Source of the DNA: Candidatus Eiseniibacteriota bacterium
GTDB taxonomy: Bacteria > Eisenbacteria > RBG-16-71-46
Assembly: GCA_041483195.1 (NCBI GenBank)
Contig: JBGPFC010000018.1
Location: 1 to 64,000 of the forward strand
DNA: 64,000 nt
Direction: 5' to 3'
Below, one piece after another: positions 56,068-64,000 of the stretch; the stretch's first letter is position 1, and each line of letters opens with the position of its first letter. The notes under the pieces were generated by a model, which made no database searches, was not told where the DNA came from, and saw only the letters and a program-made list of their open reading frames with translations. The position numbers and the translations under genes are program-made.

Positions 56068-56889
56068 ATGCTGACGAAGACTCCATTTCGACTGGTGGGC
56101 GGCGATCAGCCGCTGATCGTCGTTGCGGCGCGGTTCAACGGATCGGAGCCCATCGACTGCGCGCTCGACACCGGAGCGAGTCACGCCGTGCTGCTTCCAG
56201 AAATCGGTCACCGCCTCGGCCTCGAGATCGAAGGGACGCGACAGGCCCACGGCGCGGCGGGCTCGATGCGCGTGGAGATGGCAAAGGCCGAATCGATTGC
56301 TCTGGGCGATGCCGTGGTTCACGGCGTCTCGGTGCTCATGAGCGATGACTTGCGACGCATCGGCGAGGCGATCGGACACCCGCTCGGCGGATGCATCGGG
56401 TTCAGCTTCCTCGAGCGCTTCCGCGTGAGCGTGGACTACGCGGGACTGACGCTGACGCTTTCCACGCCGGACGAGGCCGGCGATACCGGGCCCGCCCGCG
56501 TGGAACTTCCCTTCACGCTCGCCCATCCCTCGAAGCCGCTCGTCCTTCTGCCCGTGAAGGTCGACGGCCATGAGTTTCGATTCGCCCTCGATACCGGCGC
56601 GAGCACGACCGTCGTCTCGCCCGAGCTCGCCCGGCGATGCGAGCTGGCGTCGACCGCGATGCCGAGCATGACCGGAGGGGGCGGCACCGTGGCCGCGAGC
56701 TCGGCGCTGATCCAGTCGCTCCAGATCGGAGGCGTGCGCATCTCACGCGTGCGCGTGGCCGTCGCGGAGTTTCTCGAGATGCTCAGCCGGGCGACGGGCG
56801 TCGGCATCGACGGGATTCTGGGAACCAACGTGCTGCGGCGGTTTACGCTGACGATCGACTATCCGGGGAAGATCGTTCGGCTCGCGTAG
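56068..56889 (+). CDS. Clan AA (retropepsin-like) aspartic protease, two domains
   Basis: Two ALDTGAS motifs, GCIG/GILG, DY motifs. Confidence 0.9.
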   Translation: MLTKTPFRLVGGDQPLIVVAARFNGSEPIDCALDTGASHAVLLPEIGHRLGLEIEGTRQAHGAAGSMRVEMAKAESIALGDAVVHGVSVLMSDDLRRIGEAIGHPLGGCIGFSFLERFRVSVDYAGLTLTLSTPDEAGDTGPARVELPFTLAHPSKPLVLLPVKVDGHEFRFALDTGASTTVVSPELARRCELASTAMPSMTGGGGTVAASSALIQSLQIGGVRISRVRVAVAEFLEMLSRATGVGIDGILGTNVLRRFTLTIDYPGKIVRLA

Positions 56890-56951
56890 GCGATCGCGCC
56901 CCGCCGGCAGCGACGTCGTCGCCCCGCGTCGGGGTCGCCGCGATGCACGGA

Positions 56952-57590
56952 TCAGCGATACAGCGCCTTGATCGCTCCCCAGGTGGTCGTCACCGTCGGC
57001 GTCAGGATCGGCACCGAGCTCACGCGCGCCGCGCTCGGGAACGAGATCGCGAATTCGCTGGGCCCGCCGAGCGTGACGTTCGCGAAGATGGTGAACTGGG
57101 CGACGTCGCCGCCCATGGTCATCGTCACGTCGAAGGAGACGGGGCCCGCGTAGGTGTTGGTCCCGGTCCTCGAGATCATGAACGCGACCACCTGCTCGGG
57201 CTGGGTGTTCCGCAGCGTCTCTCCGGCATGGAGCAGGCTCGTCAGCACCACATTCGGTGCCAGCACGCTGCCAACCGCCTCGTTCGGATGAATGGGAGCG
57301 ACCGGGGGGCCGGGATTGTTGATGAGCACGTAGAGGCTCATCTCGGGGCGAGATGAGATCGCGCTGAACGTCGTGCCGAAGAACTCGGCGGCGCCGATGT
57401 CGGTCGCGCCCTTGTTGACGACGAGCCCGAACCCATAGGCGGTCAGCATGATTCCGCACCCGTTCGGGCAGAGCGTGGTGTCGACGTGGTCCGTATAGAT
57501 GAGGTCGAAGGTGGCGGATCGCGTGGGCGACGCGAGGGTGCAGGCGCAGAGCAGGACCATCAGTGCCGGAATCAGAATGCGACGAATCAT
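56952..57590 (-). CDS. Secreted hypothetical protein ending in TTTWGAIKALYR
   Basis: GAGGAG SD, signal peptide, distinctive C-terminal motif. Confidence 0.8.
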   Translation of the reverse strand: MIRRILIPALMVLLCACTLASPTRSATFDLIYTDHVDTTLCPNGCGIMLTAYGFGLVVNKGATDIGAAEFFGTTFSAISSRPEMSLYVLINNPGPPVAPIHPNEAVGSVLAPNVVLTSLLHAGETLRNTQPEQVVAFMISRTGTNTYAGPVSFDVTMTMGGDVAQFTIFANVTLGGPSEFAISFPSAARVSSVPILTPTVTTTWGAIKALYR

Positions 57591-57719
57591 GTGATGCTCC
57601 TCACGCCCCGGTCGGGCATGTGACGCAACCCGGAATCGCTCCCCCGCGTGCGCACGGCGGGCGGCGACTCGCGTGAGCAAGTTTGCACCCGCCGCGGGGC
57701 CCGGGCCAAGGGCATTTCA

Positions 57720-59711
57720 TCACTCCCGCACGAACTCCACCCCGCGCTCCGCCTCCCCACCCGACACCAGATCCTTGACGTGCACGCTCACGCGGTAGCG
57801 CCCGGCGGGCAGTAACGCCGTCGCCACGCGCAGGAACTGCCGCCGCATCGCTCCGACCTGCGTCTCCTCGCGCGAGGCCCAGGTGCCGACCGGCGGGCGC
57901 CGCTCGGCGGCGGCTCGCGCCTTCGCGCTCGATTCGTCGGCGAGCCGCCGCACGTCGTAGGTGTACTGGAAGCGCGCCATGCCATCCGCGCCGGTCGCGA
58001 GGCGGTAGATCTCGAAGTACGCGACCAGCGGCGCGCGCCCGGCGACGCGCGAATCCATATTCGCCTCGATGCGCACCGCGCCCTGCGCCGCGTACTGCGA
58101 TGGGTCGCCGCAGCACAACACCAGATCGCTGAGCGCGAGCGCGGAGGGCGGCGCCGGCATCGCGACCTGGCGTCGGAACACGCCGCGATGCCGGTGCGCG
58201 TCGCGCACCGAGAACGTCACGTCGAAGCGCCCCGCCGGAAGGTCGGCGTCGAACTCGGCGAGGCGGCTCTCGCCGGGATCGCACGCCGACACCGCGAGCG
58301 ACTGCTCGCCGCGCGTCACCTCGTGGCCCGCGGTGTCGATCACCACCCAGCGCGCCGAAAGCGTGTCGCCGGGCCCGCCCGGCGCGCGCACCTGCGCGAG
58401 CAGTCGCGGCCCGCGCGCGCCCTCGAAGCGCGACACCACGCCGCGCACCTCGAGCCGCTGCGCGCGCGGCGGCAGCGTTGGGAACACCGAAGCCCCACCG
58501 CCGATCGAGAGCAGGTCACCGCGCGCGGCGAGCACGCGCGGATCGGGAATCGTGCCCGGGATGAACTCGCGCGTCACGGGCTGCGTGTACACGCCGGTGA
58601 GCGATCGATCGTGGAGCAGGATCCGCATGCCCAGCTCCGGGTACTCCCACACCTCCGCGTCCAGCGGGTACCCCGCGAAGCTGTCCTGCCGCCCGGTGCG
58701 CAGCACGTTGGGCTTGAAGATGAGCGACACCCCGGGCGGATTGCGCAGCACGCGGCGGGGCGGCCCGTAGCGCATGTACGTCTCCGCGCGCGCGTCGAGC
58801 CCGGGATGGAGCGGATCGAAGAACACGAAGTACGCGTGCGCGATCCGCGACCAGCACTCGAGCTGCACCTCGTTGGCGGCGGTCGTGGGGTCGGGATCGA
58901 GCGGCGCGAACAGCGCGAGGCCCGCGGCGGTCGCGGTGGGCTCCTCGGCCGCCGCGCTCTCGGGCGGCGCGGCATGCGCGGCGCCGTCGAGTTGGGCGGG
59001 ATCATCAGCGCTGTCGCCGTCGCGCGGCCGCGGCGCGTTGAGAATGCGCGTGGGGTCGTCGAACAGCGCGCGCAGGTCGGGCGCGAGGCGTGGAATCGCG
59101 GCGCGGAACAGGCTGTCGGCGAGCTCGATCTCGCCGAGCCGGAACGCGAGGTAGGCCACGGCGAGCGGCGCCTCCGCGCGGCGCGGCCGCCCGGCGAGCG
59201 CGTTGGCCGCGGCGTTCGCGGCGCCGGGGAGCTCGCCGTGCTCGTAGCGCAGCGGCACGAGCCGCAGCCAGCCCTCGCTCCCGTAGGGGCGCAGGTGGGT
59301 CACGGTGTCGAGCTGTTCGATCGCGTGAGCGAGCGCGAGCGTGTCGAGCGTGCGCAGCCATTCGCGCTTCCACGCCATCGCGAGTCGCGTTCGCGTCTCC
59401 GGCTCCTCGGGCGCGAGGCGGATCGCATGCTCGAAGCTCTCGCGCGCGAGCCGCTCGTGATTGCCGACCTCCTGGAGCCGGCCGAGCACCATCCAGTGCC
59501 CGGGATCGGCGGGCTCGAGGCGGATCGCCTCCTCGATGTTGCGCATCGCGCGCTCGCGGTCCTCGACCGAGGTCTCGGCGCCATCGAGCGCCGCGCGCGC
59601 CCAGCGATCGAGCATGCTCGCGCGCGGCGGCGGGGCGTCGGCCGTCGAGGGCGTCAGGGCGAGGATCGTGGTGAGAACGAATGGAACAAGGATCGCGAGT
59701 GCGCGGCGCAC
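57720..59711 (-). CDS. TPR plus GWxTD-like domain protein, secreted
   Basis: TPR region, then DPDPTTAANE...RIAHA...YMRYGPP...EVWEYP; GTG start inferred. Confidence 0.75.
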   Translation of the reverse strand: MRRALAILVPFVLTTILALTPSTADAPPPRASMLDRWARAALDGAETSVEDRERAMRNIEEAIRLEPADPGHWMVLGRLQEVGNHERLARESFEHAIRLAPEEPETRTRLAMAWKREWLRTLDTLALAHAIEQLDTVTHLRPYGSEGWLRLVPLRYEHGELPGAANAAANALAGRPRRAEAPLAVAYLAFRLGEIELADSLFRAAIPRLAPDLRALFDDPTRILNAPRPRDGDSADDPAQLDGAAHAAPPESAAAEEPTATAAGLALFAPLDPDPTTAANEVQLECWSRIAHAYFVFFDPLHPGLDARAETYMRYGPPRRVLRNPPGVSLIFKPNVLRTGRQDSFAGYPLDAEVWEYPELGMRILLHDRSLTGVYTQPVTREFIPGTIPDPRVLAARGDLLSIGGGASVFPTLPPRAQRLEVRGVVSRFEGARGPRLLAQVRAPGGPGDTLSARWVVIDTAGHEVTRGEQSLAVSACDPGESRLAEFDADLPAGRFDVTFSVRDAHRHRGVFRRQVAMPAPPSALALSDLVLCCGDPSQYAAQGAVRIEANMDSRVAGRAPLVAYFEIYRLATGADGMARFQYTYDVRRLADESSAKARAAAERRPPVGTWASREETQVGAMRRQFLRVATALLPAGRYRVSVHVKDLVSGGEAERGVEFVRE

Positions 59712-60035
59712 GCGGAGTTCTCTCGTGGTGGGTCGCCCGGCCGGGCGTGCTGCGACGCGCAGAATAGCAGAGCTCGGGTTGGCCCGACCGCGGTTGGGAT
59801 CACAAGGACAGCAGGACAGGGCCGAGCGAATTCTCGAAGCGGCACAACGTATTCCAGCGGAAAATGGGGATACATGGCAGTGGCAGGTAAGGATCTGCGC
59901 ATAGGATCGAGCAAGACATGCGCCATAAGTTGCATTGATCCGCCATAGAGTTATTTGGGAGTCTGATGGGAGTGAATCGTGAGCGAGTTCGTCGATCACC
60001 CACCCTCTGCTCGCATTTTCTGGGAGGAGTTCACC

Positions 60036-60911
60036 GTGAGAAAGATGCTGATCACCCTACTTCTCGTGGCTTGTCACGCTGGGATCTCCGCGGCCGGGGT
60101 TGGGCCCAGCAAGCTGCCAACGGATGACCCTCCGCCTCTCCTCGCAAACCCAGGCGGCGGTTTTGTCCTCCCCTCGATCACGTCAACTTGGAACGGCGGC
60201 CCAACAAGCCTTGCCTACAACAACGGTACGTCGTCCGAGACACTGGTAAGTCAGGCGCTGTCCATCGCCGGAGTTCAGCAGGTGATGAGTGCGCTAGCCG
60301 CGCGCGGATACATACGCCGCGCCGATGCGGATACGGGATTCACGGGTACGGGCCGCTCCACGGTCATCCTCGCGTTTGAGAAACCGGGCGTCCCGCCGGC
60401 CGAGCAGCAGCCGTTCGTTTATGTCTCCTCGTTCGCGATTTACCGGCAAGACTGGGGCGGGTACATTCCGGTGACGATGGTCATGGGGGGCTCGGCCTCA
60501 GACTCCGCGGGCTACCCCGTCTACAGGTCTGATCCGACCATGCCGCCAGTCGGGCTCGTGTCCATCGTGAACACGGCTTTCACGGATGGCGTCGCCGGAG
60601 TAGAGAACGAGGGCGAGGTGTACGCGTTTGCCTACTCCATCCAACCGTGGATGTACGATCCCGGCTCTCCCGTGGGAATTACCTTCGTTCATAACGAGCC
60701 TCGTTCCGATGTCGATGAGGCTATTTGGTGGGCCGGATACGGTGACGCCGTCACTAAGGGCGCTCTCGTGGGAGGAATCAGTGGTGGTATCTGGGGGGCA
60801 GCACGTGGCGGAGCCCCAGGCATACTTCCGGGCGCACTTTGGGGGGCTTTCTCCGGGGCGAGTACGGCGGCCATGATGTATCAGCTCCGCAACCCGTATC
60901 CCGAGAGGTGA
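60036..60911 (+). CDS. Secreted protein with C-terminal glycine-zipper hydrophobic domain (candidate toxin)
   Basis: GGAGGAG SD, signal peptide, C-terminal GALVGGISGGIWGAARGGAPGILPGALWGAFSGA. Confidence 0.7.
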   Translation: MRKMLITLLLVACHAGISAAGVGPSKLPTDDPPPLLANPGGGFVLPSITSTWNGGPTSLAYNNGTSSETLVSQALSIAGVQQVMSALAARGYIRRADADTGFTGTGRSTVILAFEKPGVPPAEQQPFVYVSSFAIYRQDWGGYIPVTMVMGGSASDSAGYPVYRSDPTMPPVGLVSIVNTAFTDGVAGVENEGEVYAFAYSIQPWMYDPGSPVGITFVHNEPRSDVDEAIWWAGYGDAVTKGALVGGISGGIWGAARGGAPGILPGALWGAFSGASTAAMMYQLRNPYPER

Positions 60912-60915
60912 GATC

Positions 60916-61146
60916 TTGCGCTCCGTGGTGATGTGCATTGTGATATCGGCGGTCGCCGCAATTGGCTGGTGGTGGATCTCGCAGAGTCCGGTAGTTGCCG
61001 GGATTTCATTCGGGGTCGGCGTTTGGTCGTCGGTGACAACACCAAGGGAAGAGAGAACCGCGGTGATTCTCGTTGCCTCACCGGTGGTGCCGGGATTCAT
61101 TGCGGCGATTCTCGAGTCACTGCTGTGGAAGGGTGGACCGCACTAG
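60916..61146 (+). CDS. Small hydrophobic membrane protein (candidate immunity protein)
   Basis: 76 aa with 2-3 TM helices; GAGGTG SD overlaps the upstream stop. Confidence 0.6.
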   Translation: MRSVVMCIVISAVAAIGWWWISQSPVVAGISFGVGVWSSVTTPREERTAVILVASPVVPGFIAAILESLLWKGGPH

Positions 61147-64000
61147 AGCGATGGCGCGCCCCGCTCCCGCGCGAACCACGGCGCGATCTCCCGCCGCGAC
61201 GCCCGGCGGCTTCGGCACGTTGGTGGTCGCGTGGCTCCGCTCGATCTGCAGGACCTTGCAGTCGGGGTCCACCACGAGCCGCTCCGGCACGAAGTCGCAG
61301 TGAATGGTGATCTCGCGGCTCTGCTTGGGCCCGAGCTCCACCATCGTGCGAGCATCATGGTAGGCCTCGCCCTTCTCGCCCTGCTTCGGGAACCGCTCGC
61401 CGCGCACCGCCGCGACTTCGACCGGCATGAGGCCGGTGCCGGCGTTGCGCACCTTCGCGCGCACCTCCCACCCGTCGCCCGCGACCGCGAGCGTCGCGTC
61501 GCGCAGCCGGTACTCCGGCACCAGCACGCTGTCGAACCACTGCTTCACGAACGCGTCGAACGCGACCGGATCGGGCGCGTGTCGCCGCAGCGTGCCGAGC
61601 ATCTCGACCACGACCGGGTGGTCGGCGCTGTCGCCCCAGGCGTGGACGAACTCCTTGAGTCCCGCCAGCATCGCGTCGCGACCCATCACCTGCATGAGCA
61701 TCCACATCGACCATCCGCCCTTGTCGTAGAACACGGTCTCGTCGCCCATGCGCGAACCATCCACGCGCGTGAGCGGCCGCTCGGCGTCGGCCCGGCGGCG
61801 ATGCGTGTAGCGCTTCTCGATCTCGCGGCAGAACGCCATGCGCTGCTCCTCGCCCTTCACCTGCTCGGTGAGCAGGATGGTCGAGAAATGCGCCATGCCT
61901 TCCGAGAGGAAGTTGTTGCCCGGGCCGCGCGCGGGGGTGAGCAGGTTGCCCCACCACTGGTGCGCGGCCTCGTGCGCGGTCACCCAGAACGCGGCGTTGG
62001 CCTTGGGCTCGCTCTTCGTGAGAAACCCGATCCCCTCGGAGAAGCTGATGTTCATGGACGGCCCCTGCGCGTATCCCGCGAGGGCGGGGAACTCGCTCAG
62101 CCGCAGCTCGCGCCACGGGTAGGGCGCGAACCATTCCGAGTAGTAGCGCCGCGCGCCGGCGAGCGCCTCGAGCATCTCGTCAACGTTGTAGGTGTGCGCC
62201 GCGTGGTAGTAGATCGAGACCCCGTCGCCGTGCTTCTCGGCCCAGTGTCCGGCCACCAGGTTGTAGATGCGGACCGGCTGATCGGTCTGCCATTGCGTGA
62301 TGCGGCGGCCAGCCACGACGCTGTCGCTCACCATGTTGCCGGTGGCGTTGTACTGAAGACCCGCGGGGCCGGTGACGCGCATGCGGCAATCGAAGCGCTG
62401 ATCAGCGAGCGGGATGAACGGGGGCGTGATGCCGGCGTAGTAGTCGGCGGGCGGGTCGCGCGGCTCCGCGCGGTTCTTGTCGTCCACGCCGATCTCGTCG
62501 ATGTAGCCCAGCTGCGGCGCGAAGCCCGACGCCGAGAACCCGGTGAGCACCACGGCGGAGGGCAGAATGAACTCCATCGCGCCGCCGCCGTTGCGCGTGA
62601 TCCCCTTCGGGCAGATGCCCTCGTAGCGGAAGCCGAGGCTCGCGCGTTCGCCGGGCGCGAGCGGGTGCTGCGGCGTGAACACGTAGAGCTTCGCGCGGTC
62701 GTCGGGCTTGACCGGCTCCCCGTTCCACGTCCACGCCACGTTCTTCCAGTAGATCCCGCCCGTCACGGGAAAGCGGTCGAGCGGCTTGCCGGTGCGGTTC
62801 ACCAGGTCGTAGCGCCCGCGCATGGTGAACGCGCTGTGCTCCGTGTCGAGATCGACGTCCAGATCGACCGCGCTCACGCCCGGCAGCGGCGCCTCGTTCC
62901 AGGTGGCCGCGTTCTTCTTCCAGTAGTCGGTGTTGAGCTTCTTCGCGGCCGCGCCCTCGCGGCCTTCGTGCACCTGGAGGTAGAGCGCGACACCCGCGGC
63001 AATCGGCAGCACCGCGACCGCGAGCGGAATCACCGACGCGCGCAGCAGCGCGCCCGGCCGCAGGCGATGCACGGTGCGGGTGGCGTCGGCCTCGCGGCGC
63101 GCGAATAGGCGCACGGTGATCACGATGAAGAGCGCGGTGAGACCGAGCGCCATGAGGCGATTCAGCACCAGTGCGCCGCGGTCGAGCTCGAGCCGGCTCA
63201 TATCGCTCCAGCGCACCGCGCTCCACAGATCCCAGTTGCCGACCCAGTTCATCTTGCCGCGCAGCTGGAGGAACCCGCTCGCGATCATCGCGCCGAGCCC
63301 CAGCGCGTAGGTCACGTAGCGGCTGCCGGTGATCGCGTACACCGCGCTCACGAACGACGTCCACAGCAGGAAGGTCGGCACCAGCAACAGGCCCCACAGC
63401 AGCGCGAACGGCACGGGATCGAAGCCCACCTTGCCCTGCACCCCGAGCACGATCAGGTCGCCGAGCAGCGTGACGATCAGCACCACCACGCCGACCAGCG
63501 AGTTCGCGAGCGCCTTGCCGAACAGCAGGGATGCGGTGCGCAGCGGCGTCGCGTAGTGGATCGATGCGAGGCCGGTGCTGCGCTCGCGCTGCAGGGACTC
63601 CACCGTGTAGAACAACAGCAGCATGCACACCAGCAGCGTGAGCGTGTTCATCGCCGCCGCGGCGAGCAGCCCCGGCGTCTGGAGCAGCACGGTATCGAAC
63701 GCGCCGACCTGCACGGTCCCGCCCAGCGTCTGGATGAGGATCATCGGCACGAACAGGTAGAGCCCGGGATGGCTGCGCAGCTCCATCAGCTCGACGCGCG
63801 CGATCTCGAAAGCGCCGCGCAGGAAGCCGGACGCGCCGCCGCGCATCTCGAGCGCGGCGAGCGCCGCGGGCTGCACGGCATCGAGCGACCCGGCATCCGC
63901 CGCCGGCGCGGCCGCCGCGCGCCGCGCCGGCTTCGCGCCCCGCGCCCCGCGCACGCTCGCCGCGAAGCGCGCCTGGGTCCACGCCATCGCGCCGAGCCCT
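61117..64000 (-). CDS. ABC-2 permease / M1 aminopeptidase fusion (5' truncated by window)
   Basis: TM permease region, then HEAAHQWWG...LSEGMA and YDKG of M1 peptidases. Confidence 0.9.
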   Translation of the reverse strand, partial: GLGAMAWTQARFAASVRGARGAKPARRAAAAPAADAGSLDAVQPAALAALEMRGGASGFLRGAFEIARVELMELRSHPGLYLFVPMILIQTLGGTVQVGAFDTVLLQTPGLLAAAAMNTLTLLVCMLLLFYTVESLQRERSTGLASIHYATPLRTASLLFGKALANSLVGVVVLIVTLLGDLIVLGVQGKVGFDPVPFALLWGLLLVPTFLLWTSFVSAVYAITGSRYVTYALGLGAMIASGFLQLRGKMNWVGNWDLWSAVRWSDMSRLELDRGALVLNRLMALGLTALFIVITVRLFARREADATRTVHRLRPGALLRASVIPLAVAVLPIAAGVALYLQVHEGREGAAAKKLNTDYWKKNAATWNEAPLPGVSAVDLDVDLDTEHSAFTMRGRYDLVNRTGKPLDRFPVTGGIYWKNVAWTWNGEPVKPDDRAKLYVFTPQHPLAPGERASLGFRYEGICPKGITRNGGGAMEFILPSAVVLTGFSASGFAPQLGYIDEIGVDDKNRAEPRDPPADYYAGITPPFIPLADQRFDCRMRVTGPAGLQYNATGNMVSDSVVAGRRITQWQTDQPVRIYNLVAGHWAEKHGDGVSIYYHAAHTYNVDEMLEALAGARRYYSEWFAPYPWRELRLSEFPALAGYAQGPSMNISFSEGIGFLTKSEPKANAAFWVTAHEAAHQWWGNLLTPARGPGNNFLSEGMAHFSTILLTEQVKGEEQRMAFCREIEKRYTHRRRADAERPLTRVDGSRMGDETVFYDKGGWSMWMLMQVMGRDAMLAGLKEFVHAWGDSADHPVVVEMLGTLRRHAPDPVAFDAFVKQWFDSVLVPEYRLRDATLAVAGDGWEVRAKVRNAGTGLMPVEVAAVRGERFPKQGEKGEAYHDARTMVELGPKQSREITIHCDFVPERLVVDPDCKVLQIERSHATTNVPKPPGVAAGDRAVVRAGAGRAIALVRSTLPQQ

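Overview
A very GC-rich bacterial chromosomal window. Four secreted proteins with FlgD/T9SS-type C-terminal domains, a GWxTD-like protein and a TWGxIKxLYR tail suggest an FCB-group organism such as Ca. Eisenbacteria (inference). Housekeeping genes (mutY, moaA, murB, pepT, a split DUF3798-type ABC transporter, PLD, Ser/Thr kinase, LMF, BNR glycosidase, ABC-permease/M1 peptidase) are interrupted by small, less GC-biased islets that mostly encode secreted proteins. Main signal: these islets sit at the 3' ends of core genes and are bounded by copies of those 3' ends, with no integrase in the window. Examples are two stacked islets behind mutY (a 43/45-bp repeat plus an older diverged, deleted mutY tail) and one behind moaA (27/29-bp repeat). 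Also present: a CxxU selenoprotein missed by the ORF track, three genes that appear to need CTG starts behind good SD sites, three paralogous GT-C/TPR-like membrane proteins, a candidate glycine-zipper toxin/immunity pair, a frameshifted IPTL-CTERM protein, and an IS1182-family end inserted at a CTAG stop codon. All family calls come from motif recognition by eye; no database searches were run.
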